Source of the DNA: Marsupella aquatica
Taxonomy: Eukaryota; Plantae; Marchantiophyta
Assembly: GCA_973895155.1 (NCBI GenBank)
Contig: OZ316897.1
Coordinates: 15,375,375 to 15,439,374, forward strand
DNA length: 64,000 bases
Direction: 5' to 3'
The number at the start of each line of letters is the position of its first letter. Position 1 is the stretch's first letter. The position numbers and the translations under genes were made by a program. The notes below the pieces were generated by a model. It saw nothing but the letters and a program-made list of their open reading frames with translations, made no database searches and was not told where the DNA came from. Of this stretch, positions 61,591-64,000 are shown piece after piece.

Positions 61591-63789
61591 CTAAAACTTT
61601 TGACCAAGTTGAGATTCTGGTAGCAGCTTAGAGCCAGGAAAGGAGAAAATTTTCATTGCATTTTCGAAAGCTTGAGCTGACAGCTCCTCCTCCGAAACTC
61701 CCATGAGAGAAGAAACATATGATAGGTTCTGCAACAAATCTCAGAATCTCAGAATCTCAGCAGGGGCAAAGAAGATCAAGGGTAGCTTTATAGTACCAAT
61801 TACAGTTGCAAAAAAATCAATACTGACGTTTCTAAGTCTCTTACAGCGAGTATGTTGGCTGGATGGTTCAAAGCTCCATTTACGGACGGTTTCTTCTTCT
61901 CTTGTGTAGCTGTGCTATTCCCGTCCGAGCAGCAGCACTGGTTATCACATTCATTCCCACTTCCTAATGAAGGAGCAGACGCATCGTCAGGAACCCAGAG
62001 GAGAGACCTTAAGTCTACCTCAGGCAACGCATCTGGGGCATCGGTTTCTAACAATATTCTATCCAAAGGCACCTGCACACATAAACACATTCAAATAACT
62101 CAACCAACTCCATCTCCAATCACAGTTCGCGAGATTTTGAATGAAAAATGATGTTCTCATCGTAAGACTATCAATAAACGAACTACACAGTTTGACTGTT
62201 TGACTGCTTGCTTCCAATGAACCAGACTTTGTCTCCTATTAAAAAAAACATATTGGGCGACCAAGGCCTTAACATATAAAGCCCAACCAAACTTACCAAA
62301 ACAGGGGTCAGTACTCTAAGAAACACTATGAGCCAACTATCCTCTTCTGAACTGGCTCATGAACCAACTATCGAAAGAACCTTGCAGTGACCCTTTTAAG
62401 AAGTAGGAGACTTTCCGAAACTACCTGCTCCAGCACTTTCTTGGCCTTGCTAGCCTTGACGGGTGTGAAAAAACCAGAGAAGGAAAAGTAGGCACCATTT
62501 TTCACAAGGCCCTTAACTGACTCTGCTGGCCCATTGAATGAGTGCATTATGATACCCGATGGGAAGGTGCCCATCGTCCTACAGATCAGACAACAAGAGA
62601 AATTCAGAATGACACCATGAAGCTGCAACAGTGTCAGAATCTCTTGGGACCAACGCAAATTGCAACATCTCCTTCCTATACTCGTAGACTACAGCCGTAC
62701 AACCTTAACTGACGACTTCTCCGCTAGGTCAGGTATCAGTGAACTGGATTTGCTTTGGTCTTCGCCTTGTCTATAATTGAAGACCAACAGGAACCACATT
62801 TATGCAAATTTACGGAAGTTAGATAAAGAGTGGATTATTTCCATACGAAAGTAAGCCTTGAAGAGGCCCAATGGCACGCACGCAATGTATTGAAACTGGT
62901 CTTTGCAGATCTCGACCTAAATTGAGTTGCTCCCTGAGTATGTCCACCTGGAGAGTTACGTCGATTTCTCTACCGCGGGTTCCCAGGTCCAACCCAACCT
63001 GAGATCAAAACTCAAAAACTCACGGTGAAAGGAGAATAGGTGTATGGGACATCCAAACTGATCTGCAACAATTGTACACTATTGTTAACTGCTGGAAGAC
63101 ATCACTTTCTGCTTGAAGCTGCGGACTGGATAGTCGAGTAAATGATGAAATGTAATCCTAGAGGAATGGTAAGACAGTATAAGCACGTTCCCCTGAAATA
63201 TAGGCGTGTAGGACTGGCCAAAGCCTTTCTGGCAATGAAAACAAAGATATGGAGACCCACTTCTACATCAGCGAATTGGTTCCTTCGAGCACTTGAGGAA
63301 GTAAAAGCCTTCAGAGAAACATATTACCTCTCCCAGTCCTGCGGTGGGGTTTGCTTTAAGCATCTCCCGAAGAGTGGACAGCCAATTCTCAGACCTCTTC
63401 GGAATCCACCTGCGCCATGAGATGCAAGACAAATCAATATATCACTGTAGGTGGTTGAAGTTTGAAGAGAGACGCGTCTGACCTTATAATTTTTGGGCTC
63501 GTAATTTTCATGTCATACCTTGACTGTATTCTAAACTCTAAGTTCTAAGCTCTATGACAAGGCAAGCGGACTAGAAGAATCGGAAGGAGAGCAACATAAA
63601 GAGCAAATCCTTTACTCAGGTCTACGAGGTAACAATTTGATATCAGAAAGAACCAGAAGCATCTAACACCTAACACGCTCGGCTAACTAGTCAGAGTAGT
63701 GGAGACTAGACCTACCAGGGATGGAGGCCGAAATTGGGAATAACAGAGTTGTAGCTTTCACCCATTTTCTTCACTACTCCCCAATCTTC
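61591..63789 (-). CDS. tatD: TatD-family nuclease, 5' end outside window; exons 63789-63716, 63409-63328, 62998-62847, 62578-62425, 62072-61845, 61728-61591
   Basis: FGLHPW, GEVGLD, VSIHCVRA, IMHSF, LLETDAPD, NHPANI; intron phases consistent. Confidence 0.93.
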
Positions 63790-64000
63790 CTGAAATACAT
63801 ACGCAGTCTCAACTATATCGTTAATGAGGCGATTGAAATTTCTTAACGATTTTCGATTCCTTTGTAGAAGTAAAAAAATGATCATAAATTCTGGTAATCT
63901 CTGACAAAACCTCAAATTAGCTTCCAAAACTATTTAGTCACTAGTCTGTAAAGCACAAGGCACTGATAAATCATTATTTTGATCATCACTTCCACCTCGA

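Overview
Plant nuclear DNA with GT-AG introns; the PLS-class PPR repeats (SASAGALEWVKEVH type) suggest a moss. Host genes: a PPR-DYW RNA-editing factor (+, 9596-13392), two tandem 5-exon FMO1-like flavin monooxygenases (-, 15030-17738 and 24116-26843), a nitrile-specifier-like Kelch protein (+, 58344-60368) and the 3' part of a TatD nuclease (-, 61591->63789). Transposable elements: a defective Ty1/copia LTR retrotransposon (<1-6640), two Helitron 3' ends, a solo LTR, two MITEs, a 16.8-kb CACTA (27952-44735) abutting a truncated second CACTA (44736-50262), and a PIF/Harbinger (51181-55668). Main result: both CACTAs carry chromatin-type cargo. CACTA-1 has an intact stand-alone EDM2-type triple-PHD module upstream of its transposase. 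CACTA-2 has a spliced gene ending in the start of a SET-like domain. These may form an undescribed transposon-encoded chromatin reader/writer (anti-silencing or targeting) system. Domain calls come from recalled motifs, not database searches.
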